Positions 31,224-42,183 are shown, counted from the stretch's first letter. The stretch: DNA of 64,000 nucleotides from Pelagomonas calceolata (GCA_918797485.1 CAKKNE010000004.1:310001-374000), one strand, 5' to 3'. Notes: generated by a model from the letters alone, not told the origin. Numbers and translations are program-made.

Positions 31224-32687
31224 ATGGCCTCCCTCGTCCAGCGCCGCGACAAGCGCACCGACATCAATAACCGACGGCAGTACCTCCAGCTGTTTGCCTG
31301 CCAAAGGGCCGCACCGCTGTACCGATGGTGGTACGCATTGGCCATTGATACGAAGCACGACCTCCTGAAGAGCTGGGGCATTCCCGTGCGGCCGATCAAC
31401 GCGCCGAACCCCCGATTCCCATCTCATTTCCACGTCGACGAGCTGCTGAAAGCGGACGACCAAGCACCAGTCACGCAGCCACCCCTGTATGCACCCTTGG
31501 ACGGTGTTTTAAGGACCTTCGCCATCGTCGCCGACCCGCTGACACGGTGGGCGCCGCGCGTCTCCGATGAGAGCGTCGACTGGTTGGACACTCTGACGGC
31601 GATCTGCGAAGCATTGGCAGACGAATACGTCGAGCGAACTTTGGACGATGGGGCCTCGCCGGTTATGTTGAGTGAGAAGGTGTCTGAGCGAGTGAGGGAG
31701 CACTGGCTGCCGGAGAGCTGGGACCGCGCGAAATTGCAGAAACGTTTTTTTCCGGACGAGACATTGTCGGACGTCGCCTGTCCGGCGTCGCGGTCGCTGC
31801 GAAAACACCGAGACGCGTTGTGTCTGGCCCACCGGAAGGATTCTGTAAGGGCCCTGGAGCAGGCCCTTGCTCTTGGTCTATGTGAGGACGATGAGGATCG
31901 TAGCATGGTCGCTGCCGCGCTGGCGTTGCTCGCCGATAGCGTCGCCTGGACGTCGCAGGGCTTCCTGACGGAGCGCGAGGCCAGGGCCGTGGCTGCCGCG
32001 GGCGAGAAGGTCTACGAGCGACTCGCGTCGTATTCGGCGCATTGCCGGCCGCACCAGTTGTTGTTCCTGAAGGCGCTATGTCTGCTCCAGAAACAAACCG
32101 CGAACGTCGCGGAGACCTTCGGCGACTTTTTCGTGCTGGCCGACGACGAGGCGCAGATGTTGCATCGGACGTACGCGTCGGACGACCGGCGTGCCCAGGA
32201 CCGCGGCGCAACCATATTGGTTGCGGTCGCGCGGGCGCACGTGGCATTTGGAATAGCGAAGGGCGACGAGGACGGCGGCGTCGAGCGCGCTTTAGGGATG
32301 CGGGACTGGGAAATTGATGTGGGTTGCGGGTGGCACGCGCGGCGCGGGTTGCGGCGGTTCCGGAGGGGTGACGACGAGGGGGCGTTGCGGGACCTGGACC
32401 GGGCCCTGTGCGGCCTGTCGCCCGACGACGCGGAGTTCGCGGCGTGCTGCGCCATTCTGGCAATTCTGATGAAGCGCGCGGGCGACGAGGGGCGGGGCGC
32501 GCGCTACTTGGAAGTCGCGAAAAATGGCGGTGCGTGTCCGGAGCTGGAACTGGCGCGGGAGGCCTTCGGCGAGGCTTCTGCTGCCGATGCGGAACCGGAC
32601 GGCGTGACGCGCATCGTCGGGTCGCGCGTGCCCAAGGTCCTGCGGACGCCGCGTGTGGATGATCTCGTCGACGAGGCGCGGGAGTAG
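31224..32687 (+). CDS. Hypothetical helical protein with a C-terminal TPR-like motif
   Basis: RRGLRRFRRGDDEGALRDLDRAL is TPR-like; divergent from the NLR gene. Confidence 0.6.
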   Translation: MASLVQRRDKRTDINNRRQYLQLFACQRAAPLYRWWYALAIDTKHDLLKSWGIPVRPINAPNPRFPSHFHVDELLKADDQAPVTQPPLYAPLDGVLRTFAIVADPLTRWAPRVSDESVDWLDTLTAICEALADEYVERTLDDGASPVMLSEKVSERVREHWLPESWDRAKLQKRFFPDETLSDVACPASRSLRKHRDALCLAHRKDSVRALEQALALGLCEDDEDRSMVAAALALLADSVAWTSQGFLTEREARAVAAAGEKVYERLASYSAHCRPHQLLFLKALCLLQKQTANVAETFGDFFVLADDEAQMLHRTYASDDRRAQDRGATILVAVARAHVAFGIAKGDEDGGVERALGMRDWEIDVGCGWHARRGLRRFRRGDDEGALRDLDRALCGLSPDDAEFAACCAILAILMKRAGDEGRGARYLEVAKNGGACPELELAREAFGEASAADAEPDGVTRIVGSRVPKVLRTPRVDDLVDEARE

Positions 32688-32763
32688 TCCCGACGTACTA
32701 GTGTGTTAAAATTTCAATGTTTACAACAAGAGTATGGACAGGCAGGGGGAATTTTGGTTGTGG

Positions 32764-33204
32764 CTAGCCGTTGTTCCGCAGGAACCACAGGAAGGCGCAG
32801 TTCGGCGCCTTTTTTCTAGGCGGCGGCTCGGCGCGGCGGAAGGGGTCGAAGGCGCCGTCGCTGTGGAGCTTGAACGGGTTCTGTTCCGGCCGCAGCGCGC
32901 GCGCGCAGGCGACGTCGTGGCGCCGCAGCGCTCGCGCCGTGAGTCTAGGCGACGCTTCCGACGCCTTCTCCTCGGTTGCTGGAAGGTCCGGCGTCGGGTC
33001 CATTGAGGACAAACTGACGTCGACGCTCGTCTTGCAGCGCCTCAACGAGCTATTGTGGGAGCTCGAATTTTCAGAGGCCAGCAGGAGGAGCTCGTCGGCG
33101 CTCGATGCCGACGTGAGCGGGGCGTAGGTCTTGAGGACCATCAGATTGCCGTCGACGTTGACGACGTGGTGGTCGTCCGCCGCGTTTTGGCCGCCGGAGC
33201 CCAT
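32764..33204 (-). CDS. Hypothetical protein
   Basis: 146-aa ATG-initiated ORF, no recognised domain. Confidence 0.4.
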   Translation of the reverse strand: MGSGGQNAADDHHVVNVDGNLMVLKTYAPLTSASSADELLLLASENSSSHNSSLRRCKTSVDVSLSSMDPTPDLPATEEKASEASPRLTARALRRHDVACARALRPEQNPFKLHSDGAFDPFRRAEPPPRKKAPNCAFLWFLRNNG

Positions 33205-33645
33205 GGTCGTTGTTTACGAGCGGCCTCAGCGCGTATGGGGCATGATTCGAGCACGTTGGAGCAGCCTTGGAGGCTACGGGTTTACGAGGCGCGAGACAGC
33301 GCAGCGCAGCTGCTTGGGATATTATGTTGATTTCCTCCCGCCCGTGCCTCTTAAGACTCCTGATTTTGGCGGGAGACGGCGGCTAGGGTCAAATGGATTG
33401 CGTGCCGGCGTCTGCGGCGCAATGAGTGGCTAGGCGGCCAGCACGAGGCCGAACAAAAACGCTGCCTGATTAGCCAAAATAGTACTCGCGTGCGCGGGTT
33501 CGTGCCGCAAATCCGCTACCAGCACACGCTGTCGCAGCGCCGCCCCGTCTACTGCATCCGCGCGCGCGAGAGAGTAGCACAGTAGCGGGACTCGGCGGGA
33601 GCGCGCGCGCCGAGCGGCGAGCGCCCCCGACGAAGCACGCCGACG

Positions 33646-33679
33646 CCCAGGGGCTCCGCCCACGAGTCCTAGCACCGCA
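33646..33679 (-). repeat. 3'-associated repeat family, copy 3
   Basis: Minus strand TGCGGTGCTAGGACTCGTGGGCGGAGCCCCTGGG, 54 nt after the PP4c stop. Confidence 0.75.
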
Positions 33680-33732
33680 ACCAAAGAACGACTCACCGCC
33701 ACCGCTACTTACACCGAAAGAAAAAACAAGGC

Positions 33733-34650
33733 TCAGAGGAAGTACTCCGGCGCCGGGCTTTTTTGAGGGACGCCTCTTGACTCTTGCGGCGCCGCCTCGA
33801 AGATTCTGTATGTTCGCGCCAGCTCCCCGTCCAGCTCCAATATGGCAGCAACATTCCCGCACCGATAACAATAGTTCGGCGCGCTCCAGACCGTGACGAG
33901 CGTTTCGTCAAATAAGGGCTTGTAGCCCTCCATGACCAGCTGATGCGCCCGCGCGATGAGCTTCAGCGCGTTCACCTCGTTGAACTTCTCGACCACATCT
34001 CCCCCAAACAAGTAGCCCGCGCCTCTCGGGGACAAACCCCACCCGGAGATCTCTTCCGGATCGCTCCACATCAAGTCGCACATCGCGCCGTCGTGCGGCA
34101 CCTCCTGCTTCCGGTCGATCGTTCGGACTTGATCTAAGGTGTTCACGGATGGCGACAGACCGCCATGCACGCAGAAGACCTGGTCATCTACAATAGCCGA
34201 CAGTGATAGGAAGTCAAACACTTCCGTGCAATATTTCCAGACATTTACACTTCCATATTTTCTCTGACATTCGTCGTAAAACCCATACACCTGGGTTATT
34301 TGTCTCGACTCATGATTGCCTCGGATCAACGTGATGCGGTCCGGATATCTAGCTTTGAGAGCTAGCAGTAAAAGAAAGGTCTCCACGGAATAATGCCCGC
34401 GATCCACGAAATCACCCAAAAATAAATAATTCCGTTCCGGACAGGCCCCGCCGACCCGAAATAACTCGATCAAGTCGTAAAATTGGCCGTGAATGTCGCC
34501 ACAAATAGTAACTGGCGCATCCACCCGCTGGACGTTCGACTCTTCCACCAGAATCTCCTTCGCCAGGTCACAGAGCTCCAGCACCTCGTTCTCCGTGAGC
34601 GTCTCGCACTCCTTTAACTGCGCGATGCAGCGGTCGAGGTCGAGCGGCAT
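33733..34650 (-). CDS. PPP4C: Ser/Thr protein phosphatase 4 catalytic subunit
   Basis: [62 protein letters not shown]-terminal EYFL. Confidence 0.92.
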   Translation of the reverse strand: MPLDLDRCIAQLKECETLTENEVLELCDLAKEILVEESNVQRVDAPVTICGDIHGQFYDLIELFRVGGACPERNYLFLGDFVDRGHYSVETFLLLLALKARYPDRITLIRGNHESRQITQVYGFYDECQRKYGSVNVWKYCTEVFDFLSLSAIVDDQVFCVHGGLSPSVNTLDQVRTIDRKQEVPHDGAMCDLMWSDPEEISGWGLSPRGAGYLFGGDVVEKFNEVNALKLIARAHQLVMEGYKPLFDETLVTVWSAPNYCYRCGNVAAILELDGELARTYRIFEAAPQESRGVPQKSPAPEYFL

Positions 34651-34897
34651 CGTTTGTTGCTTGGTCGCGGCGGCTCACTGCTGCGCCGGCGGGCTCGCGC
34701 GCGCAGCGGCTTCAGCGCGGCCGGCGCTGGCAATTCGCCTGGCCTCTGTTTAGCCGGCAGAGTGGCAGCGCGAGCCGCACGGATTTGAACGCTTCGATCA
34801 GCCCTTGCAGCGATGCGACAGCGTGGCTTGCCAACGTCGCTGGCGCATCTACAAGCTCGTAGACAGCGGCTAACTCACTCGCGCCTCTTTTGCTTGT

Positions 34898-34919
34898 TTG
34901 CTAGTGTCTTACCGCTAGC
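34898..34919 (+). promoter_or_regulatory. Conserved CTAG-based motif in a divergent promoter
   Basis: TTGCTAGTGTCTTACCGCTAGC between PP4c (-) and 35142 (+). Confidence 0.6.
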
Positions 34920-35141
34920 GCGCTTGGGCTTAGCCCGCAAAAAACACGAGAGCGAGCCATCAGCAAGGGGTTTATGCCGTGCAACAGATGGCTGCGGTTA
35001 GTTAAGTTTAAGGGCTCAACAAAGTCTGCTGGCGCACTGAGTGGCAAAAATCGTCTCTAGGCGCAGCCGCTGACTCACATTGGAACGTGCGAACGCGTCA
35101 GAGGTCTCCCTGGGTCGGCCGCAAGGCGTCACCCGAGCACG

Positions 35142-35510
35142 ATGGCCCGCCGCGCGCCGACCATGGTGTTCTTGGCTTGGCTAGCTGCCAGCAGTGCATT
35201 CAGCCCGAGCGGCCGCGCGCCGCACGCCGTCGGCCCGAGCCGTCCCCGCACGCAACGCGCCCCGACGCGCCAGCACCTCTTCTTCGGCTCGCCCTTCCAA
35301 TGGTTGATAGGCGGCGACGAGCCGACCCCAAAAATGGTCCGACGGAAGGCCCGGCCGAACCGGCGCCACGCCGACGGCCCGGTCGGCGAGGTCCGCCCGG
35401 TACTCGAGGCGGAGGAGCCGGACAACGAGCCGGAGGTGGTGGTCCCGGACGAACTGCGGCCCAAGACGTTGTCGAACAACGTGCTGCGCTTTCCTCGTGA
35501 CGAGGACTGA
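35142..35510 (+). CDS. Small hypothetical plastid-targeted protein
   Basis: Signal peptide ending ASSA-FSP (ASAFAP-like). Confidence 0.55.
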   Translation: MARRAPTMVFLAWLAASSAFSPSGRAPHAVGPSRPRTQRAPTRQHLFFGSPFQWLIGGDEPTPKMVRRKARPNRRHADGPVGEVRPVLEAEEPDNEPEVVVPDELRPKTLSNNVLRFPRDED

Positions 35511-35586
35511 ACCGGCGTGTCGCGCCCTTGCTGCATCTTGTCCCGCTCCCCCCGTATTTAATGTCTTAGTGTATAAACAAACAAGA

Positions 35587-37410
35587 TTAGTCAAAAAGCG
35601 TCGTCGACGTCGACCGCACGCCCGCGCGCACGCCCCCAACCACATCTTGACCAGCGTGGGCCACGCCGCCGACGACGGAACCGACCCCACCGACCACCCC
35701 GCCCGCGAAGGCCCGGCCCGCCTCGCCGAGCTGGCCCACGTCGCCCGACGTCGCTCCTTGGACCAATGCGCGACCAGCAGCTAAAGACCCGCCGACGACG
35801 GCCGTCCCACCCCCGACCACGCCCCCGACCGTCGACCGCACGCCCCCCGTCACGCCCGTGACCACACGAGAACCGCCAAATCTCTCAGCAACGCGGTCCG
35901 CCACGTCCAGCGGCGCGAACACGAGACCCGTCACCGCCGACGCCGCCCCACTAAACGCCGCGTCCATGACGTCGAATCCAACGTTCGCCACGGCGCGCAC
36001 GGCCAGGCCCTGGATCCAGGCGAACGTTTGAATGCGGGACTTGAAGTTTTTTTCTAAATCAGCCGTCTCATCTCGTAATTGTATGGTCCCGAGGTGCCTC
36101 GCCCCAAAGGGCGACCGCGCGACGAGTCGTACCGCTAAATTCCGGAAGTGGACGCCGCGGTAGACGAGCGACCGGGGCTTCGTCGAGGGAGGCGGCTCGT
36201 CCTCGTCGAACTCTTCCTCGGCCTCGCCCCGGAACCTCTTCAAGTTCGTGTCCCTAAACCTAGCGTCGTAGGTCGCGTAGCAGAGCGTGAGGCCCGTGAC
36301 CTCGGCGGAGATCTCGGCCCGCAGCCGCCTGGATTTACCGACGCGCCGCACGATTATCGAGACCACGATCGTCTCCAGAGCCAGCAACGGGTCCTTCTGT
36401 TCCTCGTCGTCGTCCTCGTCGTCGGAGTCGTCGTCGAGCAGCGCCGGGTCTTCGTAGACGATGTCTGTCAAAGTGATCTGCAGGGCCGCGCCGCGGACGG
36501 CCAGGTCCAACGTCGGCGGCCGCCTTAAAGGCATTTTGCGCGTCGCCAGCCGCACGAGCGCGCGCCGGAAGACGTAGGCGTTGACGAGGATCAGGAGAAG
36601 GGGCAGGAGGACGTAGCGCAGGACGGCGAGCAAGATCTGCGGTCGCATGACGACGACGCACGAGACCAACACGACGACCAGCGCGCCTCCACTAGAGCCG
36701 CCCCGCACGTCGCGCGCCTCGTCGACGGGCGCCCAGATCCGCGCCACGTCCTGACGAGAAGCGCCGCGCCGCGCCGCACTTAAACAAGCGAGCCACCGCT
36801 CGGCGTCGCCCTCGGCCAAACCCTTGAAGCGCACGTCGTTGACCACGAACGTGTCGTCGTTCTCACCAGGAGCGATCGTGGCGTTTCTCACGTCGACGCG
36901 GCCGCCCGGCCGCTTCTGATTGTCGGCGTCGGACCACTCGAGGCGCCAGCGGTGGCCGCGCGCCGCCGTCCACGCGTCGCTCCGCAACTCGGCGCTCCGC
37001 CGGTTCCAGAGCCCGTGCTGCCCTTGCTTGAGCAGAATACCGTGGACGGCCGGCGCCGGGCGCGGCGGCGGCCGCGCGGCGCCGCTCGCCCGGGCCACGT
37101 CGCGCAGCCAGCGCCGCTTCTCTCGGGCCGTGTCGCAGCGGAAGACGTGGTCGTCGATGCAGAACGTGTGGCGGCCGGGCTCGTCGACGTCTTCGAGCTT
37201 TGCGTCGGTCAGATCTAATCTCTCGGCGCCTATACTGAGCCGGCCTCTCCGTAACACTGCGCGCCGCCGAACCCACCTCCACCGGTTCCGCTTCAGCAGG
37301 AGGCCGGCTAAGATTGGCTCGGAGGGCTCGTCGGGGCTCCGATCTCCTCCGCAGTCGCAGAACATGGTCGTTCGTTCGCCGCAGCAGACTGTCGTGCAGC
37401 AGTCGAGCAT
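35587..37410 (-). CDS. Protein with two PH-like domains, TM segments and a Gly-rich C-terminus
   Basis: AGLLLKRNRWRWVRR...EKRRWLRDV and HGILLKQGQHGLWNRR...AERWLACL; hydrophobic stretch in the middle. Confidence 0.7.
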   Translation of the reverse strand: MLDCCTTVCCGERTTMFCDCGGDRSPDEPSEPILAGLLLKRNRWRWVRRRAVLRRGRLSIGAERLDLTDAKLEDVDEPGRHTFCIDDHVFRCDTAREKRRWLRDVARASGAARPPPRPAPAVHGILLKQGQHGLWNRRSAELRSDAWTAARGHRWRLEWSDADNQKRPGGRVDVRNATIAPGENDDTFVVNDVRFKGLAEGDAERWLACLSAARRGASRQDVARIWAPVDEARDVRGGSSGGALVVVLVSCVVVMRPQILLAVLRYVLLPLLLILVNAYVFRRALVRLATRKMPLRRPPTLDLAVRGAALQITLTDIVYEDPALLDDDSDDEDDDEEQKDPLLALETIVVSIIVRRVGKSRRLRAEISAEVTGLTLCYATYDARFRDTNLKRFRGEAEEEFDEDEPPPSTKPRSLVYRGVHFRNLAVRLVARSPFGARHLGTIQLRDETADLEKNFKSRIQTFAWIQGLAVRAVANVGFDVMDAAFSGAASAVTGLVFAPLDVADRVAERFGGSRVVTGVTGGVRSTVGGVVGGGTAVVGGSLAAGRALVQGATSGDVGQLGEAGRAFAGGVVGGVGSVVGGVAHAGQDVVGGVRAGVRSTSTTLFD

Positions 37411-37662
37411 CCAGGACCGGTTCCTGCCCTCTAACACTTGTGCCTTGCCGGTATTCCAATGTGTTAACCCCCGGGGCGACGGCGTGCTGGCCTATAGCTC
37501 TCTAAGCAAAGTAACACAAGCACGCTATTTGGGCGGCGCGAGTCGGCCCAAAAGCTTTGTTCACGCCGCCAGAGCGTGAAATGCGGACAAATGCGCGAGT
37601 GAGGGTCTTAACAATGAGTTCTGGTGCGTGTATGGTGGGAAACAAGCAGCCGGACCGCGATT

Positions 37663-37686
37663 AGCTAGCGCCTGTAAGCCACTAGC
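37663..37686 (-). promoter_or_regulatory. Conserved CTAG-based motif in a divergent promoter
   Basis: Minus strand GCTAGTGGCTTACAGGCGCTAGCT. Confidence 0.55.
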
Positions 37687-37767
37687 CGGCAGCCAAAAAA
37701 TCGACGTCGGCTGCCAAACCGCCGTGCACGCGCCGATGCGTCGATGCGAGGTGCCGTAGGCAGCAGC

Positions 37768-38724
37768 ATGCTTCGATGGGCAGCACTATTACCGCTCATC
37801 GATGCCCTGAACACGTCCACCCTAAACCAATGGCACCACGCCCAGCAATCACCCATCTGCAGCCGCAATACGTCCCTGAGCAAAGCGATCGGCGTCATCC
37901 CGCCCTTGATCAACACGGTCTACTACACCGGTCGAAGCGATTCCGATTTAAAACACCTCACAGCTGCACACGGCGGCGCCACGTGGCCCGCGGCCTCGAC
38001 CGACATAAGGTGGCCGTCGCACTACCGCTTTTTGTACTATGATGATGACGCTATGATGAAGAGCATGGCCCAGCTGGATCCGTTACTTGCGGAGGTCGGT
38101 GTGCGCGGCACGCTCAAAGCCTTCCGAGCTTTGAGGCCGGGCGCGTTCAAGGCCGATATTTGGCGCTATGCCATGTTGTGGGCCTGCGGCGGCATCTATG
38201 TCGACGGCAAGATGCGCCTCGCGCAGGACTGGGACGCGTTTCTGCGGAAGGAAATGACCATAGGCAAGTACACATTTGATGATGGCGGAGACCATCTCAT
38301 AAGCTGTATAGACCGGTGGGTGACGCGTTTAGACCGGAACCAGACGATCAAAGGGGTCTGGCAAGGTTTACTTGTCTCTACGCCGCGGCACCCCGATTTG
38401 CTGCGAGTGTTGCGGCATGTCGTCGACAATGTGGAGAAGAGAAGGTACTTCCCGGACGAGGGCAAGCTCGAGATGTTGTATGTGACGGGCCCCGCGGCGT
38501 TTGCGCGCGCGACGCAGACCCCGGGCTCGGGCTGGAAAGGTAGAATTCATCTGCCCTGCCACATGGGGAACCACGGTCCTCAGTTGCGGACGATCTGGGG
38601 CTCGGGATCTGTGTTGTTCGTGCAGGACGCGCAGCTGCACGAGGGGTTGCGAGGCGGTCCGGACCAGAGCTACCCGGAGCTGTACAAGAAGCACCTGACG
38701 TACGTGGACGATGTAGGTACATAA
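37768..38724 (+). CDS. Glycosyltransferase family 32 (OCH1-like)
   Basis: PGAFKADIWRYAMLWACGGIYVD, YVTGP; signal peptide. Confidence 0.85.
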   Translation: MLRWAALLPLIDALNTSTLNQWHHAQQSPICSRNTSLSKAIGVIPPLINTVYYTGRSDSDLKHLTAAHGGATWPAASTDIRWPSHYRFLYYDDDAMMKSMAQLDPLLAEVGVRGTLKAFRALRPGAFKADIWRYAMLWACGGIYVDGKMRLAQDWDAFLRKEMTIGKYTFDDGGDHLISCIDRWVTRLDRNQTIKGVWQGLLVSTPRHPDLLRVLRHVVDNVEKRRYFPDEGKLEMLYVTGPAAFARATQTPGSGWKGRIHLPCHMGNHGPQLRTIWGSGSVLFVQDAQLHEGLRGGPDQSYPELYKKHLTYVDDVGT

Positions 38725-38787
38725 ATACGTCTTCCTTCCTTAGGCGGGCGCCTTGTGCGTCCCGCGGGAGAGCGCCTTGTGCGTCTC

Positions 38788-41700
38788 TCAGAGAGCGGCT
38801 TCTTGCGGCGTCGCGACGGCCGCGGTCGCCGCGGACGCGTCGCCCGGGGACGCGTCGGAGGCGCGCGGCGCCACCTTGGTCGAGCCCGTCGCCGGGGACC
38901 GCGGCGACGCGTTCGTCGCGTCGGCGAGCGGCGAGGCCGGCGGCGCGGCGTTCGTCGCGTCGGCGAGCGGCGAGGCCGGCGGCGCGGCGGGAGCCGGCGC
39001 GGCCGCGGGCTCGGCGACGGGTTCTGGGAGCGGCGGCATGGGCTCGGCGGCCACGGGCTCGGCCGGCTCCATGGCCACGGGCTCGGTCGCGGCCTCGGCC
39101 GGCGCCGTCGCCGGCTCGACCACGGGCTCGGGCAGCGCCGTTGCCGGCTCGACCACGGGCTCGGCCACCGACGGCTGCTCGACGGGCGCCGGCGCCGGCG
39201 GCTCGGGCTCCAGGGGCGCCGCCACGGGCGGCGGCGGCCCCAGCAGGACGCCGCCCTGCCGCGCGCCCGTGGGCAGCCAGGGAGCCGGAGCGGGGACGAG
39301 CTCGGCCGCGGCCTCGGCCGGCGCGGCGACCGGCGCCGGCGGATCGGCGGAGAGCGCCCGCTTCACGCGGAGCCGCTCGCCCGCCTTGAGCCCGACCTCG
39401 CGGAGCAAGTCCATCAAATCGCCCGCGCGGTGCGCCTCCAAGATCGCGTCTAAATCGATCTCCTCGTCCTCGAAGGCGCCTATTTTGTCGCCGAGCCGCG
39501 CCGCCTCGAGCAGGCTCCTCAGAGTCTCGGGATCGGCCGGCGGCTCGGCGACCGGCGGCTCAACGGGCTCGACGACGGGCTCGGTCTCCATCGCCGCTGG
39601 TTGCTCGGCCGCCTCGGCGGGCACGGGAACCGGCTCGGCCTCCTCCATGGCCGCGGGCTCGGCGATGGGCTCGGTCTCCATAGCCGCAGGCTCGGGCGCC
39701 GCCGCGGCCGGCGCGGCAGCCATCGGCTCGGTCTCCGCGGGCGCGACCTCGACCTCGACCGGCGCGGGCGCCAGCACCGGCGCCGGCGGCTCGGCGGCGA
39801 GCTCGACGGGCTTGGCCGCCGTGGGCTCGGCCATAGGATCGGCCGGCGCCGGCGCCGGCTCGGCCTCCAGCGGCTCGGCCACGGGCTCGGGGAGCGGCGG
39901 CATGGGCGCCGTGGTCTCCGCGACGGGCTGCTCCGCCTCCATCGGCGCCAGCGGCTCGGCGGGCTCGGCCGGTTCCTCGGTCTCCATGGCGACGGTCTCG
40001 ATCGTCGGCTCGGCGACCGGCGGCTCGGTGGCGACGGGCTCCGCGACGGGCTCGGCGGCCGGCTCCGTGGCAGCGGGCTCCGCGACGGGCTCGGCCGCCG
40101 TGGGCTCGGGCTCGGGCTTGGGCGCCGTGGCGACCACCGGCGCCTCGACCGGCTCCGTCGTGGGCGCGGTCGACTCGGTCTCCATCGGCTCGGCCTCCGT
40201 CGCGATCTCCGTCGGCTCGGGCGCCGGCGCAGCGACCGGCTCGGGCGCCAGCTCGACGGCGGACGTGGCCGGCTCCGCGGGCCGCGGCTCGGCGCACGTC
40301 GCGCGCGAGGCCTCGTTCTTGAACGTGCACGCCGAGCAGGGCCAGCGCTCGGGCTGGTCGTCCTCGACCTCGACCTCCGCGTCCAGGCCGCCGCTCCCGG
40401 TCTTGGGGGGCGTCGGCACGGCGTCGGCGGCCGGCGCCGCGGCGGGTTCAGTAATCGGCTCGGTCGGCTCGGCGACGGGCTCCGCCGGTTCGTCGGTCTC
40501 CATGGCGACGGGCTCGGGCGCCGGCGGCTGCTCGGCCGGCGCCGGTTCGGCCTTCGACGCGGCCGGCGCCGGCGGCTCGGCCTCCATCATCGGCGCGGGC
40601 GCGGGGACGGGCTCGACCGGCGCCGTCTCCTGCGTCTCGGCCACGGGCTCGGCAGGCTCGGCGTTCGGCTCGGGCTGGGTCTTGGCGGTCTCGGCCAGGG
40701 GCTCCGCGACGGGCTCGGCCGCCGGCGGCTGCTCGGCCGGCGCCGTCTCCTGCGTCTCGGCAGCCAACGGCGCTTCCGCGGCGGGCTTGACGGGCTCGGC
40801 CGCCGGCGTGGCCAGGGGCGCGTGGGCGGCGCCGCGGCCCGCGGCGGCGCGCCGCTCCTCCGGCGACTTCTCCGGCGGCCCTCGGGGCACGATCTGGGGC
40901 CCCTCGCGCGGGCGCGGCGTCGGCGGCGGCGGCGGCGGGGCCGACTCCGGCGACTGGAGCGTCGCCGCGAGCTCGGCCTCCATCTTCTTGAGCGCCGCGT
41001 CGGCGGCGGCGACGTCGGCTTGCGTAGGCGAGAACTCGCGGCGCGCGGGCTCGCGCGGCGGCATCACAAAGGCCTTCTTCTTCTTCTGCTTCTTCTGCTT
41101 CTTCTTCTTGCGCTTCGGCACTTTGGGCGGCGGCGGCCGGCCGCTCACCTGCAGGCCCTCGCCCTCGAGGCGCGCGATCTCGCCCTGGATCACGGGGTCT
41201 TCATCGATCTCGGCCTGGCGCTTCGCCCTTTCCTCAGGATCCATGGGCTCCATGCCCATCTTCGCGCGCTCTTCGTCGGTGGCCAGCGTGCCCACGGGCC
41301 ACGACGCCAGTAATTTATCCACCGCTCTCTCGTCGTCGGAATCCGTCGTCTGCTTCCGCGCCATCATCCCCTCGACGGCCTCGGGCGGCTGATATAAGAG
41401 AGAAGCGACGTACTCCGACGACGCGTTCGGCATCAATTTCGCGCGATTGATATCGACGGAGTGGAGGATCGGCGGGTTCCGCGAATCGTAGTTCGCCCGG
41501 TCCTGCTGGCGCTTGCGCTTCGCCGCGGCCGCCTCGGGCGGCTCCGGCGGGTCCGGCGGGCCCTCGCCCGGCGGGAAGAGCTGGCCGGAGTTGATGATGC
41601 GCACGGGTTCGGTGGGCGCGCCGCCCTCCTCGGAGCCGTTCATCGGCGTGCCGTATCTTTCGACAACTCTCAGAACGGGCAGGCCCTCGTACAACACGCC

Positions 41701-42183
41701 AAAGACCGTGTGCAGGTGGTCGAAGAAGGGGTGCGCCCTGAGCTCGATCATGAACTGGCTCCCGTTCGTGTTCGGGCCCTGGTTCGCCATCGAGATGACG
41801 CCCGGGCCCGCGTGTCTGAGCGAGTTGTACTCGCAATCAAAAAACCCGTCGGGGTTCTCTTCGGACTGGTAGATGGACGTCTGGCCCGCGCCGTTCATCG
41901 GGTCGAGCGCGTCCGGGTGCACCACATCCCCGCCCTGGAGCAAAAAGTCGGGCACGACCCTATGGAACGACGAGCCCTTGAAGTGGAGCTTCCGTCCCTT
42001 CGAGTCGACGCCCTTCTCGCCCGTGCACAGACACCGAAAGTTCTCGCAGGTCTTCGGCGCCTTGTCGGCCTTGAGGATGATGACGACGCGGCCGACGGGC
42101 GTCGGGCCGACGGCGAGGTCGAGGAAGACGCGCGGGTTCGGGTCGTCGGGCAGGTGCGGGAAGAGCTCGTTCTTCCAGCCCAT
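38788..42183 (-). CDS. Cyclophilin-type PPIase with a long Pro/Glu/Ala-rich tail, a partial RanBP2 zinc finger and a SAM-like segment
   Basis: PKTCENFRCLCTGEKG, FHRVVPDFLLQGGD, SMANQGPNTNGSQF, HTVFG; WPCSACTFKN. Confidence 0.88.
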   Translation of the reverse strand: MGWKNELFPHLPDDPNPRVFLDLAVGPTPVGRVVIILKADKAPKTCENFRCLCTGEKGVDSKGRKLHFKGSSFHRVVPDFLLQGGDVVHPDALDPMNGAGQTSIYQSEENPDGFFDCEYNSLRHAGPGVISMANQGPNTNGSQFMIELRAHPFFDHLHTVFGVLYEGLPVLRVVERYGTPMNGSEEGGAPTEPVRIINSGQLFPPGEGPPDPPEPPEAAAAKRKRQQDRANYDSRNPPILHSVDINRAKLMPNASSEYVASLLYQPPEAVEGMMARKQTTDSDDERAVDKLLASWPVGTLATDEERAKMGMEPMDPEERAKRQAEIDEDPVIQGEIARLEGEGLQVSGRPPPPKVPKRKKKKQKKQKKKKAFVMPPREPARREFSPTQADVAAADAALKKMEAELAATLQSPESAPPPPPPTPRPREGPQIVPRGPPEKSPEERRAAAGRGAAHAPLATPAAEPVKPAAEAPLAAETQETAPAEQPPAAEPVAEPLAETAKTQPEPNAEPAEPVAETQETAPVEPVPAPAPMMEAEPPAPAASKAEPAPAEQPPAPEPVAMETDEPAEPVAEPTEPITEPAAAPAADAVPTPPKTGSGGLDAEVEVEDDQPERWPCSACTFKNEASRATCAEPRPAEPATSAVELAPEPVAAPAPEPTEIATEAEPMETESTAPTTEPVEAPVVATAPKPEPEPTAAEPVAEPAATEPAAEPVAEPVATEPPVAEPTIETVAMETEEPAEPAEPLAPMEAEQPVAETTAPMPPLPEPVAEPLEAEPAPAPADPMAEPTAAKPVELAAEPPAPVLAPAPVEVEVAPAETEPMAAAPAAAAPEPAAMETEPIAEPAAMEEAEPVPVPAEAAEQPAAMETEPVVEPVEPPVAEPPADPETLRSLLEAARLGDKIGAFEDEEIDLDAILEAHRAGDLMDLLREVGLKAGERLRVKRALSADPPAPVAAPAEAAAELVPAPAPWLPTGARQGGVLLGPPPPVAAPLEPEPPAPAPVEQPSVAEPVVEPATALPEPVVEPATAPAEAATEPVAMEPAEPVAAEPMPPLPEPVAEPAAAPAPAAPPASPLADATNAAPPASPLADATNASPRSPATGSTKVAPRASDASPGDASAATAAVATPQEAAL

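Noticed and set aside
33733..34650. PP2A or PP6 assignment
   Set aside because: [24 protein letters not shown] and the APQESRG tail fit PP4 better, by recognition only.
38753..41392. 879-aa and 570-aa plus-strand ORFs
   Set aside because: Antisense shadows of the GC-rich repetitive cyclophilin tail; no independent features.
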